Assembly: GCA_963662715.1 (NCBI GenBank)
Contig: OY759724.1
Span: 2,650,662 to 2,714,661, forward strand
Source of the DNA: Candidatus Omnitrophota bacterium
GTDB lineage: Bacteria > Omnitrophota > Gorgyraeia > Zapsychrales > JANLHA01
Length of the DNA: 64,000 nucleotides
Direction: 5' to 3'
Of this stretch, positions 1-9,013 are shown one piece after another. The notes beneath the pieces are model-generated. The model made no database searches and was not told the DNA's origin. It was given only the letters and a program-made list of their open reading frames with translations. The position numbers and the translations under genes were made by a program. The first letter of the stretch is position 1. Each line of letters starts with the position of its first letter.

Positions 1-1
1 G

Positions 2-259
2 GTCTATGAGTCGCAGGACAGCGCTTTTGTTGTCAGGCAACATTTAAAAGTGATGCTGGAAGACGATTATAAAGTGCTGAAAAGCCATATGAAGAACAAC
101 CATCTGGGGATGGGGAAGATTCAGGAAAAGGACGCGGTTGTGCTGCAGGATGCCGCGGCGGATGTGGTCAGAGAGGTCTTGATCCCGGAAATTGAACGGG
201 AAGTGAATCACGGGAAGAATTTTGCAAAGCTCCGGCAGATTTTCAGCGCGATGATCTGA
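2..259 (+). CDS. 3' end of a CDS that begins upstream of the window; unknown function. It ends a few bp before the IS element.
   Basis: The reading frame is open from position 2 with no in-window start. The stop at 257-259 lies immediately before the IS3 end. No family signature was recognised. Confidence 0.4.
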   Translation, partial: VYESQDSAFVVRQHLKVMLEDDYKVLKSHMKNNHLGMGKIQEKDAVVLQDAAADVVREVLIPEIEREVNHGKNFAKLRQIFSAMI

Positions 260-269
260 CCTGCCCCCA

Positions 270-1121
270 TTAGTTGTGCCAAAAGTTGTGAGAGTTTAAC
301 GGAGATGGCTGAAGCCATCTTGGTTGAATAGCTTCCGGTGCCGGAGGCTTATAACCCAATGATCCATGCGGACGGATCGTATTATATTCCCACCGCCAGC
401 GTTCCACCAACACCTGAGCTTCATACAATGTATCAAAAATTTCCAGATTTAACAACTCATCCCGTAGTCGCCCGTTAAAGGATTCAATATATCCATTTTC
501 CCAAGGGCTTCCCGGTTCAATATACAACGTTTCCACTCCGATCCGTCTCAACCACCAACGGACGCGTTCAGCGATAAATTCCGGCCCATTATCCGAACGA
601 ATATATAACGGCACTCCTTTTTCAATAAACAATCGAGATAAAACATCAAGCACATTCCTGGAATTGAGTTTGCGCCCAACTTCTATGGCCAGGCATTCCC
701 GGCTATACTCATCAATGATCGTTAACATCTTTATTGGTCGGCCATTTGATGTCCGGTCATGAACAAAATCATAACTCCAGACGTGGTTGTGATGTTCTGG
801 CCGTAATCGGATGCAGGAACCGTCATTCAGCCATAACCTCCTTCGTTTAGGTTGTTTCATCGGAACTTTAAGACCTTCCCGTCTCCATAAACGTTCGACT
901 CGTTTATCATTTAATGGCATCCAGCCCGATTCGCGTAACAATTCAGCAACTTTTCGGTATCCATATCGTCCATATTGCTTGACCATATTGATCATAGCCT
1001 CAACTAATGCTCCTTCATCATATCGGCCTGAACATCTATATTGCTGTGTTGATCTTGCTTGGCTAAGAATTTTACACAACCGCCTTTCTGATACTTTGGG
1101 GAATTTCTCCTTCGCCCACAT
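270..1121 (-). CDS. IS3-family transposase OrfB (rve integrase core, DDE); its frame is open back into the orfA 3' end, consistent with OrfAB fusion by a -1 frameshift
   Basis: Integrase-core hallmarks are present: '[34 protein letters not shown]', 'IRSDNGPEF' (DDE region) and '[15 protein letters not shown]'. The orfB frame is open from just before the orfA stop, around the 'GGGAAAC' sequence. Confidence 0.85.
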   Translation of the reverse strand: MWAKEKFPKVSERRLCKILSQARSTQQYRCSGRYDEGALVEAMINMVKQYGRYGYRKVAELLRESGWMPLNDKRVERLWRREGLKVPMKQPKRRRLWLNDGSCIRLRPEHHNHVWSYDFVHDRTSNGRPIKMLTIIDEYSRECLAIEVGRKLNSRNVLDVLSRLFIEKGVPLYIRSDNGPEFIAERVRWWLRRIGVETLYIEPGSPWENGYIESFNGRLRDELLNLEIFDTLYEAQVLVERWRWEYNTIRPHGSLGYKPPAPEAIQPRWLQPSPLNSHNFWHN

Positions 1122-1147
1122 AATCGCCCGGCGTTTCTTGGCCGGGC

Positions 1148-1423
1148 TTAGAAGTTTCCCTCATTGACTTCCTTCAAAATAGCGTTATCTAATGATAAGT
1201 CAGCCACCAGTTTCTTTAACCGGGCATTCTCCCGTTCTAACTCTTTATACTTCTTGGCTTGATCTATTTTCATCCCGCCGTATGCCTTGCGCCAACGGTA
1301 ATAGGTCTGTTCCGATATGCCCGCTTGTCGGCAGGCATCTCCGGTGTCCAGCCCTTTACCAAGGTGTATTTCAACTTCTCGTAATTTCGTAATTATTTCT
1401 TCTGATTTGAATCTTTTACCCAT
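1148..1423 (-). CDS. IS3-family transposase OrfA (HTH + leucine-zipper)
   Basis: A 91-aa protein with an HTH segment ('...[17 protein letters not shown]...') followed by a heptad Leu/charged coiled coil ('[26 protein letters not shown]'), typical of IS3 OrfA. Confidence 0.85.
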   Translation of the reverse strand: MGKRFKSEEIITKLREVEIHLGKGLDTGDACRQAGISEQTYYRWRKAYGGMKIDQAKKYKELERENARLKKLVADLSLDNAILKEVNEGNF

Positions 1424-1480
1424 TTTTGCCCCTTTCTGTTATCATTATTCTATCACAAAAAGTGGCTCAACTTTTGGGGG

Positions 1481-4400
1481 GTGGGTCATATTTCGGCGGC
1501 CAAATCATATCAGGACAATAAAATTTTAATGATAGGGAATTTTTTTAAAGAGCCGCAGACCATTGAAGTCTCTGTTCATGATGAATTCAATTTTTCCCCC
1601 GAGGATACGGTTGAGTTTGAGAATCTGCTTGATCCCTCAGAAGAGGTGGTCGTTGAATCCGGGGAACTGTCCTATTCCCTGGAACCGGGTGAGTTTGCCG
1701 TCTTGCGCCTGAAGTCTGCATCGCTGGCGCCTGTTTTAAGCTCATCCCCGATTACGGCACCATGGGATTGGGACGGCAACAAAAATAAGACGGTCATGGT
1801 TCATCAGGGCCAGGCTTTGCTGATAGAGAATCCCCAGCCTTTTGAGGTCCATTTTATTGCCAATGCCACAGGCCGGAGAGACATGGCCGCGGCGACGCGG
1901 GAGGCGGATACCGGCCCGTATCAAGTGAGTTTAGGCGACCTTGAACCGGGCGATTATTCGATAACCTTCCGCTGGCCGGGCAAGCAGACGAATGACGGCT
2001 GGGAAGGAGAGGACGGTATAAAGTTTTATCACTTTACTGTTTTACCCGAAGGCCCGGCCAATTCTCAAGGACGGTTGTCCATCCGGTTGACCCGGGATGA
2101 TTTTAACGCCTATCCCCACCATACGGTGACCTTGTCGAACGGGATTGGGAGTATTTTAAGAATGCCGGTCAGGCCCCTGAACCGCGATCAGCATGAGGGG
2201 GGGATTAGGATCGGCGGGCATGTCAGTAAATATGACGGGTTTCTGGTGAACTTGATGAAGCGCGGGACCCCGGATGAAGCTAAACGGGTCGTCTACCGGG
2301 GCACGGTGGATGATGTCACGCTTCACTTTTCCGACGGACGTACAGGACGCTATCATCTTGATGCCTCAACGTTTGACCATTTTGAACGCTATCCTCTGCC
2401 GTCCTGGACGTACGTTATTCAGGAGGGGGGGGAGAAAGTTGTTGTTGAGAAGACGGTGGTGTTAAAGCAAAATGAAAATGCTTTTGCCTTGAATTACCGG
2501 ATCATCTCCGCCACGCTGGGAGTCGAGAATACAGAACTTTTCGTCCGTCCGGATATCGACCAGAGAACCCACCATGAGACAACGACAATCACTCCTGAGA
2601 GTATGGGGTGGTGGGCCGGTAAGCATGCCATGTATCTTAATCCCGATAATCAGCCGGTGGGATTTGTTTTGCACCCTGTCAATGAAGCCTGGCGGGACTG
2701 GTACCCGGGATTTAACGGCATTCAGATGTATGCGACACAGGGGCGCTATCAGGAAGCTCATGAGCGGCATTACAGCGACAATCCTTTGGAGACAGAGAGA
2801 GGCCAGGGAGAATATACGGACAGTTACAGCCCGGGATTTTTTAGCTCTTCGCTTATGCCGGGGGACAGTGCCAGTATCGTGTTTTCAAGCATGGATATTA
2901 ACACCCCGAGCCGTCAGTATTCAGAAGAGGATGTCCAAAGCACGATGCAGGAGAACATCGCTTTAATGGAAGAAAGGCTGGATTTGATTAAAGACCGTGC
3001 GGCCAGGGCGGATCCTTTTGTGCAAAAACTTGTTTTGGCCCTCTGGGAATTTATTGTGGAACGGGATGAGTTTTTTACTGTGATCGCGGGGCATCCCTGG
3101 TTTTCCGACTGGGGGCGGGATACGTTTATTGCTTTTGACGGGATTTTAGCGGCAGGCATGGATGAGGTGGCCCGGGGGCTGATCATGGCTTTCGGTAAAT
3201 TCGAAGGCAAAGACGGGAATAAAGGTATGCTGCCGAACATCATCAACGGGTCAAACGCCGGCAACTGGGATACCGTCGATGCTCCGTTACTGTATATTCT
3301 GGCTGTACGGAATTATATCGAGAGCACGAAAGACACTTCTATCCTGTCGGCGCGGACAGGAGGCCGGACGATCAGAGAGATTATAGAATCCATTATTGAA
3401 GGTTATCAGAACGGAACCCCCAACGGTATTCGTATGGATTCTGAAACAGGACTCATCTATTCCCCGGCGCATTATACCTGGATGGATACGAATTATCCTG
3501 CCGCGACCCCCAGAGAAGGCTACACGGTGGAGAATAACGCCCGTTGGTTTGAAACCCTTATGTGGGTGTCGGATATATATAAGAAGGAAGAGAATTTTAC
3601 TAAAGCCAAAGATTATTCGCAGCTCGCCGGCCAGGTTCAGGAGAATTTCAATAAATTGTTCTGGAATGAGGCGGGTGGGTATCTTGCCGACACGATCAAG
3701 GCCGGGCCAGGAGTCAGCGCCCTGTACGGGGAGCAGGATAATGCTCTTCGTCCCAATCAGCTGATTGCGGTTCTTTCCCGATACGGGCTTCTTTCTAAGG
3801 ACCGGCAAAGAAAAGTCGCCAAAATAGTTGAGGCCAAGCTTCTTGTGCCGACCGGTCTGCGCACTCTATCCGAGGATACGCAATCCAGTTCGGAATACCC
3901 TTATCAGGGGATATATGAAGGCAGCGATGATCATGGCCGGAAACAAGCTTATCACAACGGAACCGTGTGGCCGCATCTTTTCGGAGACTGGGCGTTAGCC
4001 TATGTTACGGCGTATGACTTTTCTCAGGAGAGTATCCATTACGTTTTGCCCTATTTTTCTCCCATTGAACAGCATTTGAAAGAGGCCGGCGTCGGTTCTG
4101 TTTCGGAAGTGAGGGACGGGAATTATCCTCACCGCCCCAGGGGCACTGATGCTCAGGCTTGGAGCGTTGCTCTTCCTCTGGCGGCTTATATGGAAATCAA
4201 GTATGGACAAGATTCTGCGGCTTTGTCATCCCCTTTGAATATTTTGGCCGGAGGCCAGGCAGATAATGTTTCATCTCCTCTCAGCCGTTTGACAGATATA
4301 GAAACACAGGGAGAAAGTTTTGGTGGTATTGATCTTAATGCCGAGTTAATGAATCTTAAAATAAAACGTGATAACAATGGCGTTTTACTGTCTCCCCCGC

Positions 4401-4498
4401 AGCAGCCTATGCAGAATCTGCAGATAGAAGGACTCTTTCCGGTTATCATTCATGTGGCCCCCGTTGATCTTCCTTTAATTATCGGGTTAAAAGATTAA
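1481..4498 (+). CDS. Glycogen debranching enzyme-like protein (amylo-alpha-1,6-glucosidase, GDE_N/GDE_C architecture); its 5' end abuts the IS, so it is possibly truncated or a fusion remnant
   Basis: The GDE_C signature 'HPWFSDWGRDTFIAFDGILAAG' is present together with an (alpha/alpha)6-barrel-like C-terminal half. The N-terminal ~100 aa resemble the C-terminal beta-sandwich of an amylase ('GEFAVLRL'). The ORF starts with GTG exactly at the IS boundary, and its frame is open back into the IS. Confidence 0.7.
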   Translation: MGHISAAKSYQDNKILMIGNFFKEPQTIEVSVHDEFNFSPEDTVEFENLLDPSEEVVVESGELSYSLEPGEFAVLRLKSASLAPVLSSSPITAPWDWDGNKNKTVMVHQGQALLIENPQPFEVHFIANATGRRDMAAATREADTGPYQVSLGDLEPGDYSITFRWPGKQTNDGWEGEDGIKFYHFTVLPEGPANSQGRLSIRLTRDDFNAYPHHTVTLSNGIGSILRMPVRPLNRDQHEGGIRIGGHVSKYDGFLVNLMKRGTPDEAKRVVYRGTVDDVTLHFSDGRTGRYHLDASTFDHFERYPLPSWTYVIQEGGEKVVVEKTVVLKQNENAFALNYRIISATLGVENTELFVRPDIDQRTHHETTTITPESMGWWAGKHAMYLNPDNQPVGFVLHPVNEAWRDWYPGFNGIQMYATQGRYQEAHERHYSDNPLETERGQGEYTDSYSPGFFSSSLMPGDSASIVFSSMDINTPSRQYSEEDVQSTMQENIALMEERLDLIKDRAARADPFVQKLVLALWEFIVERDEFFTVIAGHPWFSDWGRDTFIAFDGILAAGMDEVARGLIMAFGKFEGKDGNKGMLPNIINGSNAGNWDTVDAPLLYILAVRNYIESTKDTSILSARTGGRTIREIIESIIEGYQNGTPNGIRMDSETGLIYSPAHYTWMDTNYPAATPREGYTVENNARWFETLMWVSDIYKKEENFTKAKDYSQLAGQVQENFNKLFWNEAGGYLADTIKAGPGVSALYGEQDNALRPNQLIAVLSRYGLLSKDRQRKVAKIVEAKLLVPTGLRTLSEDTQSSSEYPYQGIYEGSDDHGRKQAYHNGTVWPHLFGDWALAYVTAYDFSQESIHYVLPYFSPIEQHLKEAGVGSVSEVRDGNYPHRPRGTDAQAWSVALPLAAYMEIKYGQDSAALSSPLNILAGGQADNVSSPLSRLTDIETQGESFGGIDLNAELMNLKIKRDNNGVLLSPPQQPMQNLQIEGLFPVIIHVAPVDLPLIIGLKD

Positions 4499-4855
4499 TT
4501 TTTTTAATATTGTGAAGGGATTCCACAAGAACCTGCCCCCCCCAGTTGTCATGGGGTCCCGCCACGTTTTGCTCATTTGAAGATTTGGTTCAGAAGCTGT
4601 CTTGTCATTGAAATCAAGGGTAATAAAACGGTAAAAATTATGTGAAAAAACTTTACGATGTGTTTTTTCTGTGCTAGGTTTAAATTATGTTTTCCTAAAT
4701 ATAATTGTTTTAGCATGTTATGCTATATATATCCTCGAGAAGATTTTTTTTTCTTCTTGCCCGTGGAGGCCTTGAGGGGAAGTCTTTTTATGGGGCAAGA
4801 GGAGCGCTAAGAAAATCAGGCAAAGATATACTGAACCAGCAAAGAGGAGGCGGTT

Positions 4856-6166
4856 ATGTTCAAACAAAGGGTGTTCATCAGGTGTCTTGTGTCGGCTGTT
4901 ATAGGTGTATTTGTCCTGTCGTCTCCAGGGATGGCGTCGGATGATGTGATAAGGACTCTTACAGAAAGATTGGACAAGTTAGAACAGGAAAATGCCGAAT
5001 TAAGAGCTGAGATTAATGCTATAAAAGGGCAAGTTGAGGGAGTGAAGAAGGAGACTCGTGATTCGAAAACAATGGGGGGAGAAGAAAGTGAAGGAAATTT
5101 GATTGTTAACAAGCCCCCGGTTCAAATAGAAGTCTACGGGATGATCAAGACGGATATGATTTATAATGATTCACAGGCCGGGGAAAGCGGCAGCCAGGCA
5201 CCATCGGAGAGCGAGGGGGCCCGTGATAATGATGAGTTTTTGTTTAATGCGCGGGATTCTCGTATAGGTTTAAATTTCATCGGGCCAAAAATATTCGATG
5301 ATGGAGAAATGAAGGGAAAAATTGAATTTGACTTTAACGGAAGCAGTGACGATCATTCGACCTCCTCCCAGCCAAGATTCCGTCACGTGTACGCCCAGGC
5401 ATCCTTCCCAAACTGGAGTCTGTTGGCCGGGCAGACAAACGCTTTTTTTTCTCCTTATAACCCGACGACTCTCACGGTTTACTCTATGAGACGGAAAGGA
5501 AATGTGGGATATCGGCATGCTCAGCTGAGGCTGACGAACATGTGGGAGAATATCCCTGGCGGAGATTTGAAGACAGACGTGGGGTTGATAGAAACAGATG
5601 ACCTGAACGCAGATGCGGGGTCTCCTGATTTTGTCGGATATATCACTTATACAACGGAGCTCCTGGATCGGCCGCTGGAGATCGGTGTCGGCGGTCTTTA
5701 TGGGCAGGCAGATATCTCCAGTACGGTGGATAAAAACGTTGATATATGGGCCGTAACAGGCCATATAAAATATCAGCCTCTCGATGAGTGGCAGTTGTTG
5801 ACGGAATTTTTCAAGGGGGCTGGTTTGACCTCTTACCGGGGCTTAGGCCCATCTGAAGTCACCAATGCCAGCGATGAGACCGCGAAAGCCATTGCCGGCA
5901 GCGGCGGATGGGTACAGATTAAATATAATCCTAACGATAAATGGGAAATCAATAACACTTACGGGATTGAGGATATTAAAACGACTTTAGGCGCGGCGGA
6001 CACGACAACCTGGGATTATCAATATTCTCATCTCCATAATGTGTTTTACAAGATCACGAACAACGTATCTGTGGGCCTTGAATATCAGAGAATTGTCGCG
6101 AAATTCAAACAAAAGGACGGCGGAGATTTGAACCGCTGGATGACGTCTATCATTTACAAATTTTAA
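4856..6166 (+). CDS. Outer-membrane beta-barrel porin-like protein with a signal peptide and an N-terminal coiled-coil segment
   Basis: A signal peptide ('...VLSSPGMASDD') is followed by a heptad coiled coil ('LTERLDKLEQENAELRAEINAIKGQVEGVKKE'). A long region of alternating amphipathic beta-strand pattern ends in the C-terminal '...IIYKF' aromatic residue typical of OM barrels. An RBS GAGGAGG precedes the ATG. Confidence 0.55.
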   Translation: MFKQRVFIRCLVSAVIGVFVLSSPGMASDDVIRTLTERLDKLEQENAELRAEINAIKGQVEGVKKETRDSKTMGGEESEGNLIVNKPPVQIEVYGMIKTDMIYNDSQAGESGSQAPSESEGARDNDEFLFNARDSRIGLNFIGPKIFDDGEMKGKIEFDFNGSSDDHSTSSQPRFRHVYAQASFPNWSLLAGQTNAFFSPYNPTTLTVYSMRRKGNVGYRHAQLRLTNMWENIPGGDLKTDVGLIETDDLNADAGSPDFVGYITYTTELLDRPLEIGVGGLYGQADISSTVDKNVDIWAVTGHIKYQPLDEWQLLTEFFKGAGLTSYRGLGPSEVTNASDETAKAIAGSGGWVQIKYNPNDKWEINNTYGIEDIKTTLGAADTTTWDYQYSHLHNVFYKITNNVSVGLEYQRIVAKFKQKDGGDLNRWMTSIIYKF

Positions 6167-6182
6167 CCTGATAAGAAATAAC

Positions 6183-6224
6183 CGCAAGAGCCGTACAGGA
6201 ACCACCCTGTGCGGTTTTTTTTTC
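6183..6224 (+). terminator. Putative rho-independent terminator after the porin gene
   Basis: An imperfect GC-rich hairpin (CCGCA...TGCGG) is followed by T9 directly downstream of the stop at 6166. Confidence 0.4.
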
Positions 6225-6370
6225 GGTGTATAAAGAGCTGTGTGAACTTGCTTTGTGTGGGCATGTTTTTTGTGCTAGAATTAATGTCCATTAGGATTGA
6301 AGAAAATCAGGGGACCGTAAACAGAACCGTATAATTTTTTATTAACGAATAAATAAGGAGGAATGCTGTC

Positions 6371-6883
6371 ATGGGAACCAGAGGAAGAGAGATACTGGAG
6401 TCTTTAGGAATTAAAATCCCTGAGCTGATTCATTTATTGAATAAAGCTTATGCCGATGAATGGTTTGCTTATTACCAGTACTGGCTTGGGGCCAAAGTGG
6501 CCGTGGGGATCCCGCGTGAAGCCGTTGTCGCCGAGCTGGTCCAGCACGCCGCGGATGAATTGCGGCACGCCGGGATGGTTGCGGACAGGATCATCCAACT
6601 GGGAGGAACCCCGCTGCTTGAACCGCAGGACTGGTACACCTCGACAAACTGCGGTTACGATAAGCCCGAGAATCCGGATGTGCGGGTTTTGCTGGATCAG
6701 AATATTAAAGGGGAACAATGCGCCATCACCGTCTATAAAAATTTAATGGATTATACGAAAGATAAAGATCCTGTCACGTATGATATTGCTCTGCAGATTA
6801 TGACAGATGAAATCGAGCATGAAGAAGATCTGGAAGCGATTAAAGAGGATATCAAGATGGCATACGGACAATACAAAAAGTAA
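6371..6883 (+). CDS. Ferritin-like diiron protein (bacterioferritin/Dps superfamily)
   Basis: A four-helix-bundle ligand pattern E..Y / E..ELRHA / E / EIEHE is spaced as in bacterioferritins. A strong RBS AAGGAGG lies upstream. Confidence 0.6.
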   Translation: MGTRGREILESLGIKIPELIHLLNKAYADEWFAYYQYWLGAKVAVGIPREAVVAELVQHAADELRHAGMVADRIIQLGGTPLLEPQDWYTSTNCGYDKPENPDVRVLLDQNIKGEQCAITVYKNLMDYTKDKDPVTYDIALQIMTDEIEHEEDLEAIKEDIKMAYGQYKK

Positions 6884-6909
6884 CGGGTGCTTCCCGTCAT
6901 ATTTTTTAT

Positions 6910-6940
6910 AAGAGGCACATAACTATGTGCCTCTTTTTTT
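6910..6940 (+). terminator. Rho-independent terminator
   Basis: A perfect hairpin AAGAGGCACAT-aact-ATGTGCCTCTT is followed by T5+ at 6936-6940. Confidence 0.7.
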
Positions 6941-7036
6941 GCCTTAAAAGGACATGCGCTTCAGCCGCCGGGGCGGTTTGAATCTATTGATGATTTTGCG
7001 GAAAGGGAAGAATGCGTGTTGTCAGGCCGTTTTGGC

Positions 7037-8515
7037 TCATTCCTGGATTTTGAATTTTTTGACCAGCCCCTTCAGCAATAATGCCTTGTCGTATAAGTTC
7101 CGGGCGGACTCGGCCAGATCAGCGGAGGACATCGTGAAGGCCTGAGTAATGCCGGAGTTCGAGTCCATGGCGATCTGCTGCTCTTCGGTCGTCTCCGTAA
7201 TGTCCCGGATCTGTTGGGCAATGGATGTCATGGCCGCAACAATTTTCTTGACATCTTCGCTGGCTTTTCGTGAGAGAGAAACGCTCTCTGCGACCTGCTG
7301 CAAACTGTCATGGATAACGTTTGTGATCCCCTGTGCTGATACGGCACTGCGTTCGGCGAGTTTCCGCACTTCATCGGCCACAACGGCGAAGCCTTTCCCG
7401 TGTTCGCCGGCACGGGCCGCTTCAATAGCGGCGTTTAAGGCCAGAAGATTTGTCTGTTCCGCAATTTCCGTAATGACATCAACGATTTTGTTGATCTCTT
7501 TAAAACAAAGCTCTACAGAATTAATGGCCATCGTTGAGCTATCCATGGCTTGTCCGGTTTCTTCGGCCCTGACGGCGGCCTGGCTGGAAAGTTTGACGAC
7601 TTCCCGCGCTTTTGACGTGTTTTCCTCCACCGAAGCAGAGAGTTCTTCGAAGCTCGAAGCTTGCTGTGTCGCCCCTTCCGAAATGGAATTGGCGCCGACG
7701 GCAATTTTTTTGCAGTCAGCTGAAAGGCTGTCGGCCGACACCTTGACATTAAGGAGGAGATTTTGAATTTTTTCACAGAACATGTTGAAAGCAGCCGAAA
7801 GCTTCCCGGCCTCATCTCCGCTTTCGCAGGCGATCCGTTTTGTTAAATCGCCTTCTCCCCGGGCGATGTTCTGCAACATTCCCGCGACTTTTTTGATGGG
7901 GCTGGCGATGCTCTTGTCAAGCCAGAAAACCAGGGCGCCGCCTAATAAAGCGGCTATCGTTGTCAGAAAAACATTAAACCAGAGGGTGCTGCGGGCGATG
8001 ATATTCACCCTCCCCAGAGATTGTGACATATGACGCATATCTTCTTCCTGGAAATCATCAAGAAGGAGATGGATTTTCTCACTGTTTAACCGGACCGAAA
8101 AGGAGGATCCCGGGCCAGGGCCTGCCGTGGGCTGTGTTTTATGCAAATAATTCAGGTGTTTATGAAATAATTCTTTTATTTCAGAGAGTTCCCTAAGACG
8201 GGTTTCGTTGTCTTTGAGGTCTTCTTCGAGTTCAGAAAGGTTGCGAAGAAATCTCTCTTCGAGAATTTTTAATTTTTTCAGATCCCCGGGGTTTGGCGAC
8301 GCAGGCCCTTGAGTGTGAATTTGCTGCATTTTGAGGACCGTTTCTTTCATGTCCGTGCCGTAATTCAGATGGGTGAAATCGTGATGCTCAACACAGTGGG
8401 TATTTTCTTGAATTTCCAGCAGCGTATAAATACTGCAGATGCAGACGGTCATTAAAAATAAGAAAATGATTCCGGATGAAAAGAATAATTTTGTCTGAAT
8501 ATTCCAGTTTTTCAT
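7037..8515 (-). CDS. Methyl-accepting chemotaxis protein (TM sensor, HAMP, MCP signalling domain)
   Basis: The highly conserved MCP signalling hairpin motif '[38 protein letters not shown]' is present. A HAMP-like segment and two TM helices flank a periplasmic region. Confidence 0.9.
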   Translation of the reverse strand: MKNWNIQTKLFFSSGIIFLFLMTVCICSIYTLLEIQENTHCVEHHDFTHLNYGTDMKETVLKMQQIHTQGPASPNPGDLKKLKILEERFLRNLSELEEDLKDNETRLRELSEIKELFHKHLNYLHKTQPTAGPGPGSSFSVRLNSEKIHLLLDDFQEEDMRHMSQSLGRVNIIARSTLWFNVFLTTIAALLGGALVFWLDKSIASPIKKVAGMLQNIARGEGDLTKRIACESGDEAGKLSAAFNMFCEKIQNLLLNVKVSADSLSADCKKIAVGANSISEGATQQASSFEELSASVEENTSKAREVVKLSSQAAVRAEETGQAMDSSTMAINSVELCFKEINKIVDVITEIAEQTNLLALNAAIEAARAGEHGKGFAVVADEVRKLAERSAVSAQGITNVIHDSLQQVAESVSLSRKASEDVKKIVAAMTSIAQQIRDITETTEEQQIAMDSNSGITQAFTMSSADLAESARNLYDKALLLKGLVKKFKIQE

Positions 8516-9013
8516 GTCGAGGATATTACAGTCTTTGTCCCTTTTCCTGGGGGCAGTGATTATTTGTCAAAACCAAGGATGCTCTTTAATCCTGAACGAA
8601 AAGATAGTTCAGCGCATCTCGGCCGGGGTGAAGGGGGCGTATAATAGAAGAAGAGGCAAGAAAAGAACTCATTCCCGCAGGCTTTGCCGTGTTATAATGC
8701 CGGGAGACACTGAAAATGATGTCCCAATAAATCATTCCGATCGTTAGCGTTACAGTTATATTATTCTAAACACAAATGAACCGGCAATCTATGAATTTTT
8801 TTCTTTTTTGCCCCTTATCATATCTTTTTGCCGCCCGGAAGTATAAGGCGATCTTTTTTTTTCGCCTTTTAGTTAAAATGGATGTTGTTCATGAATAATA
8901 TTTTTTAAAAGAGTGTTAGATATAAGGGCCTTGCAACGTCTTAAATAGTAACAAGGCTTTTTGTTTTTTTGGGGTGAAAATCTATTAATATCAAAATCGT
9001 TTCAGGAGGTGAC

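Larger units (their letters stand above)
265..1480 (-). mobile_element. IS3-family insertion sequence (orfA + orfB, -1 frameshift arrangement); boundaries approximate
   Basis: Two overlapping minus-strand ORFs have the classic IS3 organisation. A 10-bp inverted core CCAAAAGTTG (279-288) / CAACTTTTGG (1468-1477) flanks the two ORFs. orfB is in the -1 frame relative to orfA. Confidence 0.8.

Noticed and set aside
7149-8033. Several plus-strand ORFs (7149-7766, 7782-8033) inside the MCP gene region
   Set aside because: They are antisense to a high-confidence MCP gene containing the conserved signalling-domain motif. They are Ala/Ser-rich shadow frames typical of antisense translation.
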